64,000 nucleotides of DNA, taken from contig OX337234.1 of assembly GCA_946965045.2 (NCBI GenBank), forward strand, positions 1,674,001 to 1,738,000, read 5' to 3'. This DNA is from Epithemia pelagica. Taxonomy: Eukaryota; Protista; Bacillariophyta. The notes below the pieces were generated by a model. That model was given only the letters and a program-made list of their open reading frames with translations. It made no database searches and was not told the origin of the DNA. Made by a program: the position numbers and the translations under genes. This document shows, one piece after another, positions 23,151 to 37,137 of the stretch (position 1 is its first letter; each line of letters opens with the position of its first letter).

Positions 23151-25692
23151 CTCGGGCGCCTGGAGAGCGGCACGGAGAGCCACATCTCCACTCAATTCAC
23201 ATGGGCTTTCTTGTGTTGTTCTGGTATGATCGTTTTTGGTTTGCCACACAGAGCGTTTGACTTTGTAGAAGCGTGGAATGGAGTCTGCTGTTGCGGCCAG
23301 GCGATCATCAACACAACAATTGCTTGTCTTCTGGTTTTTAGTGGTCTGATCCCGATGAGTCTTCATCGGGATCGATGCAGTCTGCTCTGGAGAGAATGCC
23401 GATCGTGTATTGGGTGGCGGTGATGGCGTCACCTGTGTGGCTGTATTGTTTGTGTTTGGTTTCTTGGCAAACTTCTTGGATTTGGCAGCGATTCGTCGTC
23501 GTTGTGGTGTGACATTTGGTTGAGCACGATCTGGTGTCGCTGCGAAAATGCTTTCGATTGCGGCAACAATGGCTTTGGAAGGACGAGCGGCTAGACGGTC
23601 GTTGTCCTGGCCTGGTGAACGTGTCTCCTCCCTTTTCGTGCATTAACCCAACGGTGCAAAAGACACAAGACCCAACAATCGACACAACGACAGAACAATG
23701 AAACAATAAAAGGATTGCGGGCTGCGTGTGCGGAGTTGAGCACGGGGATAGGTCCAGTGACGGAAATCGTTGGGACGTGTGCTGTTGCCAATGGTCGGTT
23801 GGAGAGCAACGTTAATCATCCAACAAAGAAACCACATGAGAAGGGTGGGTGTACATGAGAGATGGGAAAGAATAACAGCAAGAACAAACGAAAATCCATT
23901 CAACAATTTGTTTGTTCTTTGAAAGAGATGATTGCAGCCGTTGCTGAGGTAGCTTAACCCATTGTAGTAGAGGCTAGCACTTCGTTCGAGAACTGTAGTA
24001 GTAGGAAGAGTCCATAGGATCACCGGTAGGATGAGTGGAAGGAACATAAGGGCAACAAACAGAAGGTGAAGCCGGCCGGTGGTCCAAAACGTGGAGCTCA
24101 CCATGTTGGGCGGCTCGACTGGCATGGTTCGGTTCCCCCATCGGTCCCCATGATGACTGTAGGTCCAAGGTGTATAGTGGATCTCAACGCATTCTCCTAC
24201 CATGGAATCGGAAGAGTCTTCTACTGTTGGATCCATAGTGCTCGATGAGGAGGAAGTGTTGGTTTCTTCATCACCTGTTGCATCACTTCTTGATGTGCCT
24301 GAATTTTGTGAAGAGAGACTACTGGTGTCTCCAAGTTCAGCATGGTGCCCAGACGGGACAATTTACCAGCTGCGATCACGTCGTGTCTCGTTATCCGAAT
24401 CATCTTGTTCCCAGTCGGTTGGAACGTACATGTTGTGGAGGTTCCCCTGTGGTGAGTAAGAAGCGGTTGACATTGTTTCAGCGTTGGATGCTGTCGATGC
24501 CGTGCTTCTGCGATTCTCACCACGAATTTGTCGTTGTTGCAGAGGATTGGCGAGAGTAATTGCAGTCTCGCGATGAATGTTCTCGTGTTTGCGAGCTGCG
24601 GCGAAAGAAGGTGGCGCTGCATGGTCGGCATTCCGGTGAACGACCGAGTCGGATGTGGGTGTCCTGGAATGCGTGTGCCGTCGATGTACCAGCCCATGTG
24701 CCATTCCTCTTGGCATACACGCTGGTATGCTTCCTCAATGGTAAGTCTTGGTTCGTGCCATGTTCTTGCATGTTGCATCAAAGCTGCACGATGGTATCTC
24801 ATACCTTCTCTCTTGGCTCGTGCAACCTCTTTGACGAGGAGAGTCTCATGTTGATAGGGGTGACGCATAGAGGTTATCTCCGACATGGAAGTTTGACTGT
24901 TTGCAGAGTGGATTGAAGATATGACAGGCCATTCTTGGGCGAGCTGGTTGAGAATTGTCTCATTGTCAATTGCAGTGGAGATGGAGTCGAAGGAAAGGAG
25001 TCGAAGGAAAGATTGACTTCAGGTGAGTTTCGAATGGGTGATGGTAGTGTATCGAAGGTTTCAACGCTCTCATTTAGTTCATTGTTGTCTTCTCCCTCTT
25101 CCTGAATGGCTGTTGTGGCGATTGCGACTTCATTTGCAAACGTGTCGTGGAGGAGCTGGCTGTCTTGTGTGAAATGGCCAAGGATGAGCCTCAAGTCTGA
25201 TGAGCCATCAATGGACACAAGTTCTTCATCGTCAGTGGTGCTACAGTGATGGGGCAAGGGAAGCAATGCTTTGAGAGCAATCACTCCTTCCGTGATGGTG
25301 GACTCATCATCATCCTCTGCATCAGCAGTTTCAGTGGCCGGTTCGGCGTCGTCTTTTGCATCTGTGTTGTCCTCTTTTTCTTGGTGTTACGATCACAGTA
25401 AACAAAGACAAAGTCACAGATGTGGTCGTCCTTAGGACGAATACTGAGTGCCTCATCGATGGACAATCTGCCCATGACCTCTTCCACTCCCTCTCCATCA
25501 GACACAACAATTCGCTTGTCTGGCTTGTTTTTGCCGTAATAGATACGGAAGTGCTTGTGTTCCTTTGAGTCATCATTGACATAACAATCAACGATGTCGG
25601 ACAGGTCATCAAATTTGCTGTCAACCAAATCAGCAAAGATGTCATTGGTGTCTGAACCGCATGGAGTGGGATCAGACGGGAGCTTAGGGGCG

Positions 25693-25858
25693 CTATTGTT
25701 AAAAGTCATGGTAGGTGTAAAGGCAAAGTAAGCACAGGAACAATTGAAGACCTCTCAAGCTCCCTCTAGTATTGTTAAAAGTCATGGTAGGTGTAAAGGG
25801 CTATTGGTAAAAGTCATGGTAGGTGTAAAGGCAAAGTAAGCAAAGGAACAATTGAAGA
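25693..25858. repeat. Compound local duplication, three copies of a 30-mer
   Basis: tattg(t/g)taaaagtcatggtaggtgtaaagg at ~25694, 25770 and 25802; copies 1 and 3 share a further ~27-nt tail. Confidence 0.85.
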
Positions 25859-27544
25859 ATTCTCTCTTTTCTGTTAGATGACTTTGCTAGGGACTTGCTT
25901 CCAAGTCACTACTCACAGCAAGCACACTAAAGATAGATGCATCTGGCGACTTCGCCAACATTCTGAAAGGCGTAGTGACGAGGCATGAATGCTTGTGGTC
26001 CTGGAAGACAATCAGTTACATACCCTCTGATGGGATTAATGGAGAACTCAATAGAGCTCATAATTTGGATAAGAAGGACTAGCCACTCAACAACCACCAT
26101 GGACACTTCTGTTGTTCTTAATTTCACTAACTCTGAAGTTGTTTTGTGCATTGCTGATGTGGGACAAGATGCATAACTTGAATTAGAAGTTGTCAAGTAG
26201 CAAACCAAGCTTCTGCACCTCCTTCAAGCAACTGAAAAGATTCTTCTAATGCAGAGGGTTGAATTGGTTGTGAAGTGAGAAGAGAAACGAAGGACATACA
26301 AGTTGTATGATGTGTATGCTGTTGAAGAAGACAAAGTGGATGGAAGAATTTCATTGAGATTTGTTGTCAAATAATGTCCCATTACTATGTTTCACGACAT
26401 TGGCCAGATGAAGCACCCTGGTGAATTGTTGTTTGGGCCATTGGAGGATGTGCATATCCATGAACCATGCCCATTGCCCATAGTTGTGCACAATGGTCCA
26501 TTCGCAAGCATTGTCAGGAACCAAGGCAACATTCAGTGTGACAGACAGAGATTTGTCTTTCTCTAATCAAGATCTATCTGAATGCTTTTAGGAAAATATA
26601 CTATTTTAGTACATTGTAGAGTGTTGGAAAAAACACTGCAATGAATGATTTCAACATGAGCAACATTCCAAAATTGCTTCACAACTAAAAGTCAAACATT
26701 CAATTATTACTTGGTAAGCTTCTGTGTTCTTTATTACATCCCCAACACTAGTGCAGTGTTGAAACAAGATTGTTTTTGATCAAAATACAGATTCTCCAAT
26801 CTCAGGTACACCAGCACCTGTAATTCTCCAATATCGGGCACACCCTCCATATATACAGCAACCATGGCAATCTTCTTGTCATAAGAATTGCCTTTAGCTT
26901 TAGCTATTTCTGTGTGGCAAATCTCTTTCTCATCCTTGTCCACCATATAAAATATGTTATTCTTGTCCGCCAATATGTCAGTAAAGAATGTATTGGTTTC
27001 CTTCTCAACAGTTGGAACGACCCTTCTTGTGCTTGTTCTGCCACCAAAAGTAGGACAACAGATGTATCAAGTAACTTGAATGGGCCGATGCACTTGTTTG
27101 TCAGTGGTATTTGTGTATTTTGATTGAAAGGACAACCCGAAATAGTTGGCATTGGTATCTTTTAAGGATACCACCATGTAGACCACACCTGATGCGTCAT
27201 TCGGCAACGGTACGTCAATAGGTCAGAAGGGGTGATTGACAACGTCAATTGTTGTAACAAATGAATTTTTGTTGGAATCGCTTTCTCTACACAGACTTTT
27301 CAACAAACAATCAAAATACTCTTCATATTGTGATTTTTTGGATACGGATTGTAGCAAAGCATCTCAATTTTTTTCATTGGTTTCATAAATGGTGGTGTGA
27401 CAACTGACAATTTCATTGGTCACTGTTGTGAATACAAAATGACCATAGTAGAGAAGGAAAAGGTGCCTTAGAAACCAACATGTCACACTATCGATGGGCT
27501 TCTATTCTTGCCTGAGACTATGTTGTTTGTTGACCGTCCAAAGC

Positions 27545-27665
27545 CGAATGAGACTGACGTCCATTCACTTGGAGAAGATGATGAAAGAAACAAGGGAATG
27601 GTCCCCGCAATGTCAGAAACCATTTGAGAACGTCAAAGCCATGCTTGTGCATGATGCGTTCATCC
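27545..27665 (+). pseudogene. Short Ty3/gypsy RT-RNase H connection fragment
   Basis: LTSIHLEKMMKETREWSPQCQKPFENVKAML resembles the LT-x-L...W-x3-Q-x-AF-x2-K-x2-L motif. Confidence 0.45.
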
Positions 27666-28299
27666 GGGATGTTTTGATCTTTGTGATAGTTTCGGACACT
27701 GCACATGAAGGTTGATTGCTTTCCGACTCTGGTATAGATGAACACTTTCATCTGTTCTCGATTCCCGCCACTTTCCGACCACGACACACACTCATTTTGC
27801 ACTCCAAGAAATTTCGTCTCCACCGTATAGAAAGACGCATATTCCGTAGAGAGGACAGGCTCTTGGAGGATCGGTGGGTTTGTCGCATGCAAGGAGGTGT
27901 AGACTTGACCTTAGATGGTCGGGACTTGAATTTCTTGCATGGTGATGTTGATTTCTTGGTAGGAAACAACTTGGTTGGTGGAGGAGTCTGGTTTGACATA
28001 GTCGGTGGACTGACAATGGTGGGATCGTGATGGGTCTTGACTTGGGAACTCGGAGTGAGGGGAGACGGGGACACATAGATGGAGTCAGGGTTGGTCTCGG
28101 TCACAGGCCTGGAGTCGAGCTTGACTGGTTGGTTGGAAGGAGCGTGAGATGGAACTTGTGTCGGAACTTGGGCATAGTGGGCACTAAGTTTGAGTGGTGG
28201 AGGATTCCTGGGGGACACATGAGAGTCACTGGTGGGGAGTACTGGACCACCGTCAGCAAGTTCGCGTGCTAAATTATGGACGAGGGACATACTTTGATT

Positions 28300-28882
28300 C
28301 TGGTAGGGGGGGGGGACCTTCGGTCATTTCTTGATCCACTATATAGAGCCACAGTTGTTTCACAGTCTTCCGTTGGACCCGAATGCTTGCTCCTGCCCAT
28401 ACAAAATGTCCTGGCCGAAGGATGGGCAGGGACAAATTGTTGTGATCAGACGGAAGCATCCAGCCCCGGATGTCATGGCCAGTAGTGAACCAATCCATGA
28501 GGGTTAGGGTTAGGGCTGGATGTCATGGCCAGTAGTGAACCAATCCATGGGGGTCAAGAGCTCCATCTTTGCGCCCAACCAAGACCGGGCCCACTCGAAG
28601 AGGGCGTCCGACATTTGGAATGGGTTTTTATGAAGGGGGATGTATGAAAGCATGGGCGGATGTATGAAAGCATGGGCGACCCAGCCATCACCCCTTCATT
28701 GAGATCCCATCGACCCCAACGGCGATCATTCGTTTTCCTGAGACATAGGATATGTGCAGTCTCAACGAGTGTTTCATCTCTAACCGTCTCAACCAAATCA
28801 CTAGGTTCAGAAGTTTCGGACTGGAGGAGGACCCTTTGTAGAAGCATCTTTCCACCGTTGAGTTATCCGTGAAAAAGAACAC
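28300..28882 (-). pseudogene. DIRS/Ngaro-like retroelement RNase H and downstream domain fragment
   Basis: FFTDNSTVERCFYKGSSSSPKLLNLVIWLRRLEM...LHISYVSGKRMIAVGVDGIS, then GHFVWA...VKQL further downstream. Confidence 0.6.
28500..28515 (+). repeat. Interstitial telomere-like filler (AGGGTTAGGGTTAGGG) between two copies of a 32-bp sequence
   Basis: ggatgtcatggccagtagtgaaccaatccatg at 28468-28499 and 28518-28549. Confidence 0.7.
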
Positions 28883-28968
28883 TTCTGTTGAATCCAGTTG
28901 CCCCGTGGCCGCCTCTTCTTCGAGGGATTAGATGCAATTTGTAAACTCCTTCCAGTTGGAAGATTCTC

Positions 28969-29337
28969 CTACCACAATATCCCTGGTCCTACCACAATAT
29001 CCTTGGTCTTCTTGATGAAATTGAGTAGGGCTACTCCATCGCGGTCAAGGAACACTTGTTCATACTCGGCCTTGGCCTTCAGTTTATCCTTAAAGAGTGG
29101 TATGCACTGTCCAAGAAGCAAGCTGAACAGCGATGACCGAAAGTTTTCGTACAGAATGATCTTCTCTTTTCTTGCTTTTTGGGCGAACTCCCACTCCTTC
29201 ATGGCGATCACGTCTGTTGGGTCTCCCGGTTGTTCTGCTGTGAGCGGGGCATCTAGTTTCAGCTGCTCAACGGCTCGCTGAAAGTGAATGTTGTGTTGGT
29301 CAAAATTGGATCTGATGTAGCCAACTAAAAGCTTCAA
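28969..29337 (-). pseudogene. Copia gag fragment
   Basis: LFSLLLGQCIPLFKDKLKAKAEYEQVFLDRDGVALLNFIKK is a CoDi-type capsid segment. Confidence 0.7.
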
Positions 29338-29475
29338 GTTACAAATGTAGAGCTTTGCTTGTGGATCTTCAGAAAAGTCGAACGTAAAATCCTTCAGACT
29401 GGGTTCCTGTCCTTGGAACTTGTTGGTGCTGCCATCTTGGCCTTGGTTGTTACGATTCCCTCTTCCACGGTTTCT

Positions 29476-29848
29476 TCATCCTCGTGTTTGATTGTTTTGG
29501 CTTCTAGCTCCTGTATTATTGCTGCTGGTCAGCATCAGGGCGAGCATCATCACGGGAGGTGGAACGGTTTGAATCTTGATGCCGTGTTCGTCGGCAAATC
29601 TTTCGAACTTCATCTTGGCTGTCAGAGTTTCACCCACACGAAGCGAAACCTGATTTGCCATAAAAAATCATACCAGACGCATGATCCACAAACAAAGTAC
29701 CACCAGTGTACTGTTCATCGGTGCACTCTTTGCCCTTGGTTTGTGGTGGCAGACGACCTCGAATGGAGGACTCATATTGGTCAAGAGATACACAGTCACC
29801 AGGTGATAGATGTTCTCGTTTGATCATCATTTCCTTTCCATCCACCAA
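29476..29848 (-). pseudogene. Copia integrase fragment
   Basis: PGDCVSLDQYES...YTGGTLFVDHASG and NQVSLRVGETLTAKMKFERFADEHGIKIQ. Confidence 0.8.
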
Positions 29849-32800
29849 TCCACCGTGGTTCGTTCTCGGACTTCAACGGTGTTGTTTGCCAAGACTGGCC
29901 GTTTTGTCTTCCTTCATATTTTTATCACAAACGTCTTCGGATCCCGACAGAGGGTTTGTACCCATTGGATGTTTGCATGGCCCAATTTCCAGTGCCATTG
30001 AAGCAACTCTTTTTGCGACTTGGTTATCATCTTCTTCAGTCAATGCATTTAAGGGATAGTGCACAGTACAGAATACTGTTCCTGTAGTATGGTGACGGTG
30101 TTGTAGTAGATGACGACGGGTACAGAACGGACCAATCCTCGAGACCATCTGGAGTACAGCTTCGTCAACCACGAATTGATCTGTCTATCAAGCCCAAACC
30201 CGCGATGCATGGCCCTCCCTTGCATCCTCTCAACCCAGCCACACCCCCTCCCTTTACGTCTAAGCAATCTGTTCCAGCAGTTCCTCCGCTGAGGCAGGGC
30301 ACAAAATTGTTTTAAAATTGCATGCCCAGCCACAGCTGATTCTAAAGCCGACACTCCCCTCATCTTTCTCACGGCTGCGGGCCACAAAAAATACTCTCAT
30401 CCAGGTAAACTCCTCAACCTCATGGCAGGACTGGATGCCAAGCTACTGGAGCACTTTTGCTTCATTCGTTAAACAATTGAGGGTAGGCCTATTACAATGA
30501 AAATCAAGTTCTCAGGCGTTACGAAGCCGGACAGGAAAGCAACAATGATGACAACAATGGAGTGACATTGCAAAACAGACGAATAACGTCTGTAATGCAT
30601 GAGATTCCACTGGGTCAACCGTTGTCGTTTCAGAGAACTGAACAAGAGAGAGAGAGAAAGATCCATTGAAGCAAATATTATATTTTCATGGTGAAGGGAT
30701 TCCTTGTGTTTTGTGAGCAAAAGAGCAGATCGTTCTTGCAAAACTTTTCCATATTAAGGAGAACATGGAAGTGTTACATGTTGCCCATGGAAGAAGTGGG
30801 GCAACAAGATCCAAGACACTATTCTTTGATGCATCTTTGATGGTTGCTTATGTCACCAAGGTTTGACTTTGATTTCCATGGAGACAACTCCTATTCTACG
30901 CCTACCCATTGTCTCTTCCAACTCCTCTATTGAACCCTAAGTTTCTTCCAACTCCTCTATTGAACCCTAAAATCCCTGAACCTATCATCCCTACCCCAGA
31001 AACATTCTTGATTAGCAAATTAACATTAATAACATTCATTTACTCATGAAACATTGCTCAAATTATCTACATTTATTCAGCGAAGATGTCGTCAACACAT
31101 TCATCCATAGGAAAAACATGATTGAGAACAAAGAAGGACCCAGTAAGAGAAATCAATACTTTTTCTGTCGGCCCTTACCTTGAAGAGGCAATCAATCACA
31201 AGAATGAGTATATTGAAGACCAAAAAGTTGAAAGTGAGGATATATTTTCTATGAGTTCTCCAGAAATGTTAATTTGGGTTTTGCCAACAATCCGGTTATC
31301 CACGCCATTTAAAAAAATGTATGTTGGAAAAGACATTTTGACAGAAATGGTAAAACCAAACAAATTTGCAATGGGATTCGATGCAGGAAGGACCATGCTC
31401 CCATGTCTAAATGGTAACTATCTCATTGGCAATCACATGATGAATGATCCCCTGTGGGACGTCTAACTAGATAGTTTACAAAAACTAGATAGTTTACAGT
31501 ACTAGACAAACGGTGCCGATGTTACAGAGTTGAGAGAGACGGGTGTATCACAAAAAAAAACGGTTGATCCAACCCTACAAGTGTGAGAAAGTGTTGTGTC
31601 ACCATTCGTACACTATATAACTTATTTTGTTTGGAGGATATCACACTGACGTATATTGGAAGATGTGAGAAGCGTATTAAAAAATGAATCCAAAGGTAAC
31701 ACTGGTGGCTTCCAAATGGAACTGAGATTGGTCCAGCCAGGGATGGACCAGATCTTCAGTCCAATGAAAAAGGTTCTTTATGAGAATTGTGATCGTTTAT
31801 ACAAGGAGCATCTTTTTTTTGAAGGGGCTGGGAAAGCAACACTCTCCCTCGATGATATTGGTTACATTCTTTTTGGTGGCGACGTTCCATTACCAAATGG
31901 TCAGTTGATCCACCTAAAGCCCGCTTTCACTATGGGCCTTCGTTCAGAAAACATTTGAAGCCCCTGCAAAAAGTGTGGCTACTGCCCGGCGACTCACAAA
32001 TCAGTCAAAGGTAGGCTGTTTTTGTTTTTTCCGACAACACAGCAATCTTCATGTACACAGAGAGACAAAGCACGTCTGTATCCACCACCCTCTCTGAAAC
32101 ACAATGATGAACCTATGGATTGAAAATCAAAATGTCTTGGTTTCATAAAGCAACTTTTTGACCGAGTCCTGGAAAAACAAAATAGCATAGCACTATAGCA
32201 CTCTGTCACAACTTGGATTTGCCTCATCAGTCATTGCAACAACTGCTGAGTATCCAAAATCTTGGTCCTTATGTGCAGCTAAAAATACATTTCTTACCAA
32301 AGCAATGGCCGAGAAAAATGTTGTCGTTTGTTTGGTATCTTCTGAAGAAAGAGTAGGAATCTTTTGGATTTCTCTCATGTTTACCAATCCATCCATCGAC
32401 AAAAACTCTCCTCAGTCTGCTTGACAAGTCGTACCAAGGTTGACTTTTCTTGTTTCTTCAGCTTCTTTAGTTCTGATTAATAAGACCACACCCTCCACGA
32501 TTGGTGTGTACTCCCATGGAGATGTAGCTGGAGGAATTTGATGTGAAATTTGCCACGTTGCTGTTTTGGAAATATATACCTTCCAACTTTGTTAAGGCAT
32601 AAACCAAACATGCCTGCACTTGTTGAGACGTTAGCTCTGGTTCGTAGGGAGCTTTCACATATATTGGTTGCATGTTTGGATTAGGACGGAAAGTTGCTCC
32701 CTCATCACCCACATCCACATCTGTTGTCATAAACATTGATAGACATTGGAATCATTAAGGTGGCCGAGTATGCCGTTGCCAAGTAAATCGACCACGAACC

Positions 32801-33620
32801 AGCATTTAAATCGACTCAACCGAGAACGTCAGAAGATCATCGAGCAAGCCAAGATGCTTGTTGCCAATGTCAAGAAAAAGAGGAACGCATCAAAAATGAC
32901 ACGAGACAACATGACAAACTTCCTCAAGACTCTCGAAGACCTCGGCAAGTCAACAAAGGATGGTGCTGTTCTTATTGCAGCGTACAATTTGTTCGTTGCG
33001 GAAAGCGTGAAACTCTCATTCTCTGTGACCCACACTGTGATTAGAAAAAAACTAGACAAGGATCAGAAGACGTCAGTTACGTCAGCTGGCATTGGAATCG
33101 AGCGAAATTCCAGGTCGAATCAGATAAAGATGTTGTCCCCGTTCTCTTTCACCTTCGACAATCAACCTACGTTCAAGAATGCGACATGCTAGTATTTGAA
33201 GTAAAGAAGGCTAAATCCGATGGCGCAGGATTTGGGTTTAATTCGATGGCGTGGGATTTGGGTTGTTTGCCTGACAATATGCTGCAGGATAGGTGATTGG
33301 CATCTACTGCGGTGAGGACATCACATCGATGTTCACCGTATGGCAGGAGTATGCAATACAGGCTATGGGTCGCATGGTGAAACAGTTGCCACCGAGCTCC
33401 TTCCGTCACCCCAAGGTGCGGTCAAGAGCGTGGATCAAACGATCCAAGGAGTCAAGGGAACTGGCGTTGTAACTTGGAGTGTGCTGGACGAAACGGGTAT
33501 GCTTCGAGTGACTGGAGACGATTCTACTTCTAAAATATTACAACGACTTGAGGGTTTAGAGTCAAGCTGCAGAGATAAGGAAGATGGTGTTGAAGACTTG
33601 GTAATCAACCCGCTCTGGCA

Positions 33621-33900
33621 TCAAGATGATTCGTATGCCTCCTTGAAGTAAGCATTCATCTCCTCTTTCTTGTTGTATTTTGAAGGATCCTCATGACAAT
33701 AATTGCATTTCTTTCCTTTCTTACACCAACCCTTGGAGAAAAGAACATTGCAAAAGGGGACTGTCTCGCCATTCTTCTCAACTGTTGGAATCTTTGAGAT
33801 GACCAATGTGCAGAGAAGATCTTTGAATAAGCTTTTCCCTTGGGAAGTTTCCAGTTCTCTGGTGTGTTAAAGGTGTTGGCTTTGTTTCTTGGAGTTGGCA
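33621..33900 (-). pseudogene. C-terminus of a gag-like ORF1 with CCCH-type zinc finger
   Basis: WKLPKGKAYSKIF...PFCNVLFSKGWCKKGKKCNYCHEDP. Confidence 0.5.
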
Positions 33901-34723
33901 CCAGATGAGTCGTCAGAAGGATTGGTGGATCTCTTCTTGGAGTTCAGTTTCTGCTGTTGAGCTTGAAACTTTGCTTTGAGGGCTGCTGGGAGGCGATTCT
34001 CGTGGAAAACGTTGAGGACTTTCAGAATCTGACTGGAGATGAATGGAAGACGCAGCACACAAAAGCATGTATATCATCGCCTTCCATCATGTATGTCTTG
34101 TATTCCACTAGATTCCAGTCAATCAGAGTTTTGGTTGAAGGGAGGGCGTCGGCATAGGATAACATGGTCCTCTTTGATTCTAAAGACTGGATGGTTTTGG
34201 AGGCATCCCACGGTCTCATGCCTAGTGCATCTCTGTCCAAGACAAGGACCGGAATGCCCTTGTCTTTCATTACCTCAATGCAAAACTTGCTATTGTAGAT
34301 CTCCAACAAAGAACCGGCTGAGGCTGAAGGATTGTCAACTTGTAGGGACAAAGCACATTTCTTCAATGGGAGGCAAACTCCCTCAAACTCAGTGAGAGCT
34401 TTCCACTGCAACGAACTCCGTGTCTTTGTTGGTTTCAAAACTCTGTTGATTAAGATAGGCATCCATATTGTGTTTGTCACGAAACAAGCCGTGCATCATG
34501 ATGGTGCCCCTCTTGACTCTGGTTGTGTTCGGCATCTGAATTTCAATTATTGTTTGATGATTCTTTTTGACATATTCGTCAAGTTTTTGAAAGCGTTTTG
34601 GTGTCCGTGAGCTCATGAGTCATGAAACAAATTTAAAGAAAACCTGATAGATCTCCATGAACACCGGATTACTGTCGACCACTTTGCCATTCCTTTTGTT
34701 GCAAACAGCAAGACTGGTGGCAT

Positions 34724-35253
34724 GCTTCAATATCAATTCAGGGTGGTGCATGTTGCACTTGCCACCGGTGTTGTTCCCATATTTACCTGCCAGGACAGCA
34801 GAGGTTGTCATTCACTGAACTGCATAGGTCCTTCTGTGTAAATGAAACAGTGCTTCAATATCAATTCAGGGCGGTGCATGTCGCACTTACCACCGGTGTT
34901 GTTCCCAATGATATATTTACCTGCCAGGACAGCAGAGGTTGTCATTCACTGAACTGCATAGGTCCTTCTGTGTAAATGAAACAGTGCTTCAATATCAATT
35001 CAGGGCGGTGCATGTCGCACTTACCACCGGTGTTGTTCCCAATGATATATTTACCTGCCAGGACAGCAGAGGTTGTCATTCACTGAACTGCATAGGTCCT
35101 TCTGTGTAAATGAAACAGTGCTTCAATATCAATTCAGGGCGGTGCATGTCGCACTTACCACCGGTGTTGTTCCCAATGATATATTTACCTGCCAGGACAG
35201 CAGAGGTTGTCATTCACTGAACTGCATAGGTCCTTCTGGGTAAATGAAACAGT
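34724..35253. repeat. 134-bp tandem repeat, ~4 near-identical copies (first copy 128 bp)
   Basis: gcttcaatatcaattcaggg starts at 34724, 34852, 34986 and 35120. Confidence 0.92.
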
Positions 35254-36588
35254 CTTAAGGATTTTGGACGTATGGTTGGTGACTTGCACAGCAGTGTGCC
35301 TGTTTACTTTCGCTAATCCGATTGGGATTTTGTAGTTCTCCCCATTGTGAGGGTCAGTGAGCACAATGGTTATCCATATAATGTCCTTCTTGTCATGTCC
35401 TTCTTGTCATGTCCTTCTTGTCATGGCATATATCTGTCAATGTTCTTTGCGTTTTGCCAGGAATGTAGTACAGTTTGGTGGAAGTTTTTGGAAAAAATGA
35501 TAGGAGTGCAATCATTTTACAGAATAGCTGTAGGGCTGGAAACTTGTAAGCAGAGTGCCGCAGACATGTTGACCACACCAGGTGATCGAAGGCACAGAGG
35601 TAATCAACAAGTGACACAACAAAGCTGGCTTGGGGAAATCAATAAATCAATCAAGAACTGCTTGGCTTTCGGTTGCAAAAATGATGGTGTTCGAGCCGGT
35701 AGGGAAACGACCGAAGAGTTGGCGCATCACCGCAAGGACTGCATACAAGCCACTCAATTTGCTGCGGAAAGAGGACTGCTTGTACTTCAAAAGGGATGTG
35801 CACTCCATCGGCCCAGATCCTAAATCCTTCCTTCATTTACTTCGTCGGGTCGTCCCTCACTTCATGTCCAGCATGTCAAATCTGGTTTTGATTTAAGAGA
35901 GACTTATCTAGGTAACTACTGAACCACAGCATCTGGTGCCCAAAATGTTTACTTACAAGCACATATGGACTGTGATTTTGGATATTCAATTGTTATGGCT
36001 TTGCTGGCAGACCCAGATGTTGCTGATTTGGAACAAATTTGTTTTCCCTGTCTCCATGCACATGTGGTAGCCTGGTGACACAGATATCATCATTTTCAAT
36101 CCAAGACAATATCAAGGAAATGTGTTGGAAAAAAATGACAATTAACTTCCTCTGATAGTGATGGAACACAAGTTGCGTGTTTGTCGAAATTGACAGAAAC
36201 ATAATTTACCAGTATTCATAGTACAATTAGTATTGAAATTGCATCAACCCTGCACATAGAAATATTATCTACTAGTAGTATACACACCACAATCACTAAT
36301 ACTCAAATTTTGTCAATCCCAATTGAGCTCCATGGAAATGGCAACTGTGCCTTGAATGTTCATTGTTTGATGAGACCCATAAGATGCCAACAAAATCAGC
36401 TTTTTGCTGGACTGGACAGAACTGACATTTCTTTAATTTTACAGTAGCTGGATAAAATTACAGTGTTTCCAAGACACATTCAAAATAGGCAAGAATTAAA
36501 CCTATTTGGTGTCCACAATGGCATAAAGGAATGGTGGTTGTCTGTTCGTTTATTCCACAAATGGGTTTGGGTTGCTTCCTTCTCATGC

Positions 36589-37137
36589 TCATGGGCCTAG
36601 AGATGGCATTCTAATTGCAGATGTCAAAAACCTCCCCGATATTGTGTTCCTCAGTCTAGATGCAATCTGGCAGCTAATGTTGTACACGCACCGTATTCTT
36701 TCTTTTACAGTCCTGATAGTTTGTTTGACGTCCCCGACATGCTCTTCTCTTGCTGTAATGTTGAGTGTTACTCCAAGCATTCCCAAGGACACTTTGAGCT
36801 CATCCTTAACAAAGGCTGCGTCAGCATGCAGAAAACGTGGTCGTAGTCCTCCTCCTTGGAATATGGAGACGGTTTTACTGATTGACTGCAAAAGGGTTCG
36901 CTCATCCTTGTTGGGGATGGCATCTATTGTGCTGAATTTGATGTTTCTGGATGTGGTCACGAGTAACATCATGCCATTTACATGCATCACGTCCATTCCC
37001 AGCGTAACGTTTTTGTGGTGCTCCTCAATCAATGGCGGTGTGACATGGCTTGTTTCCACTCTTGGTGGTTTTCTTCTTGTTGTCTTTTCTTTTAGGCTAC
37101 CTAGATCAGGTCCATAAAGGATAAGTGCTCGTCTCAC
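36589..37137 (-). pseudogene. Copia-type integrase core fragment
   Basis: ILYGPDLGSLKEKTTR...VTLGMDVMHVNG...LHADAAF...LNITAREEHVGDVKQTIRTVKERIR. Confidence 0.8.

Noticed and set aside
34724-35253. CRISPR array, or an AP-endonuclease reading of the repeat unit
   Set aside because: Units are contiguous with no unique spacers and no cas genes. The endonuclease resemblance lacks the diagnostic motifs.
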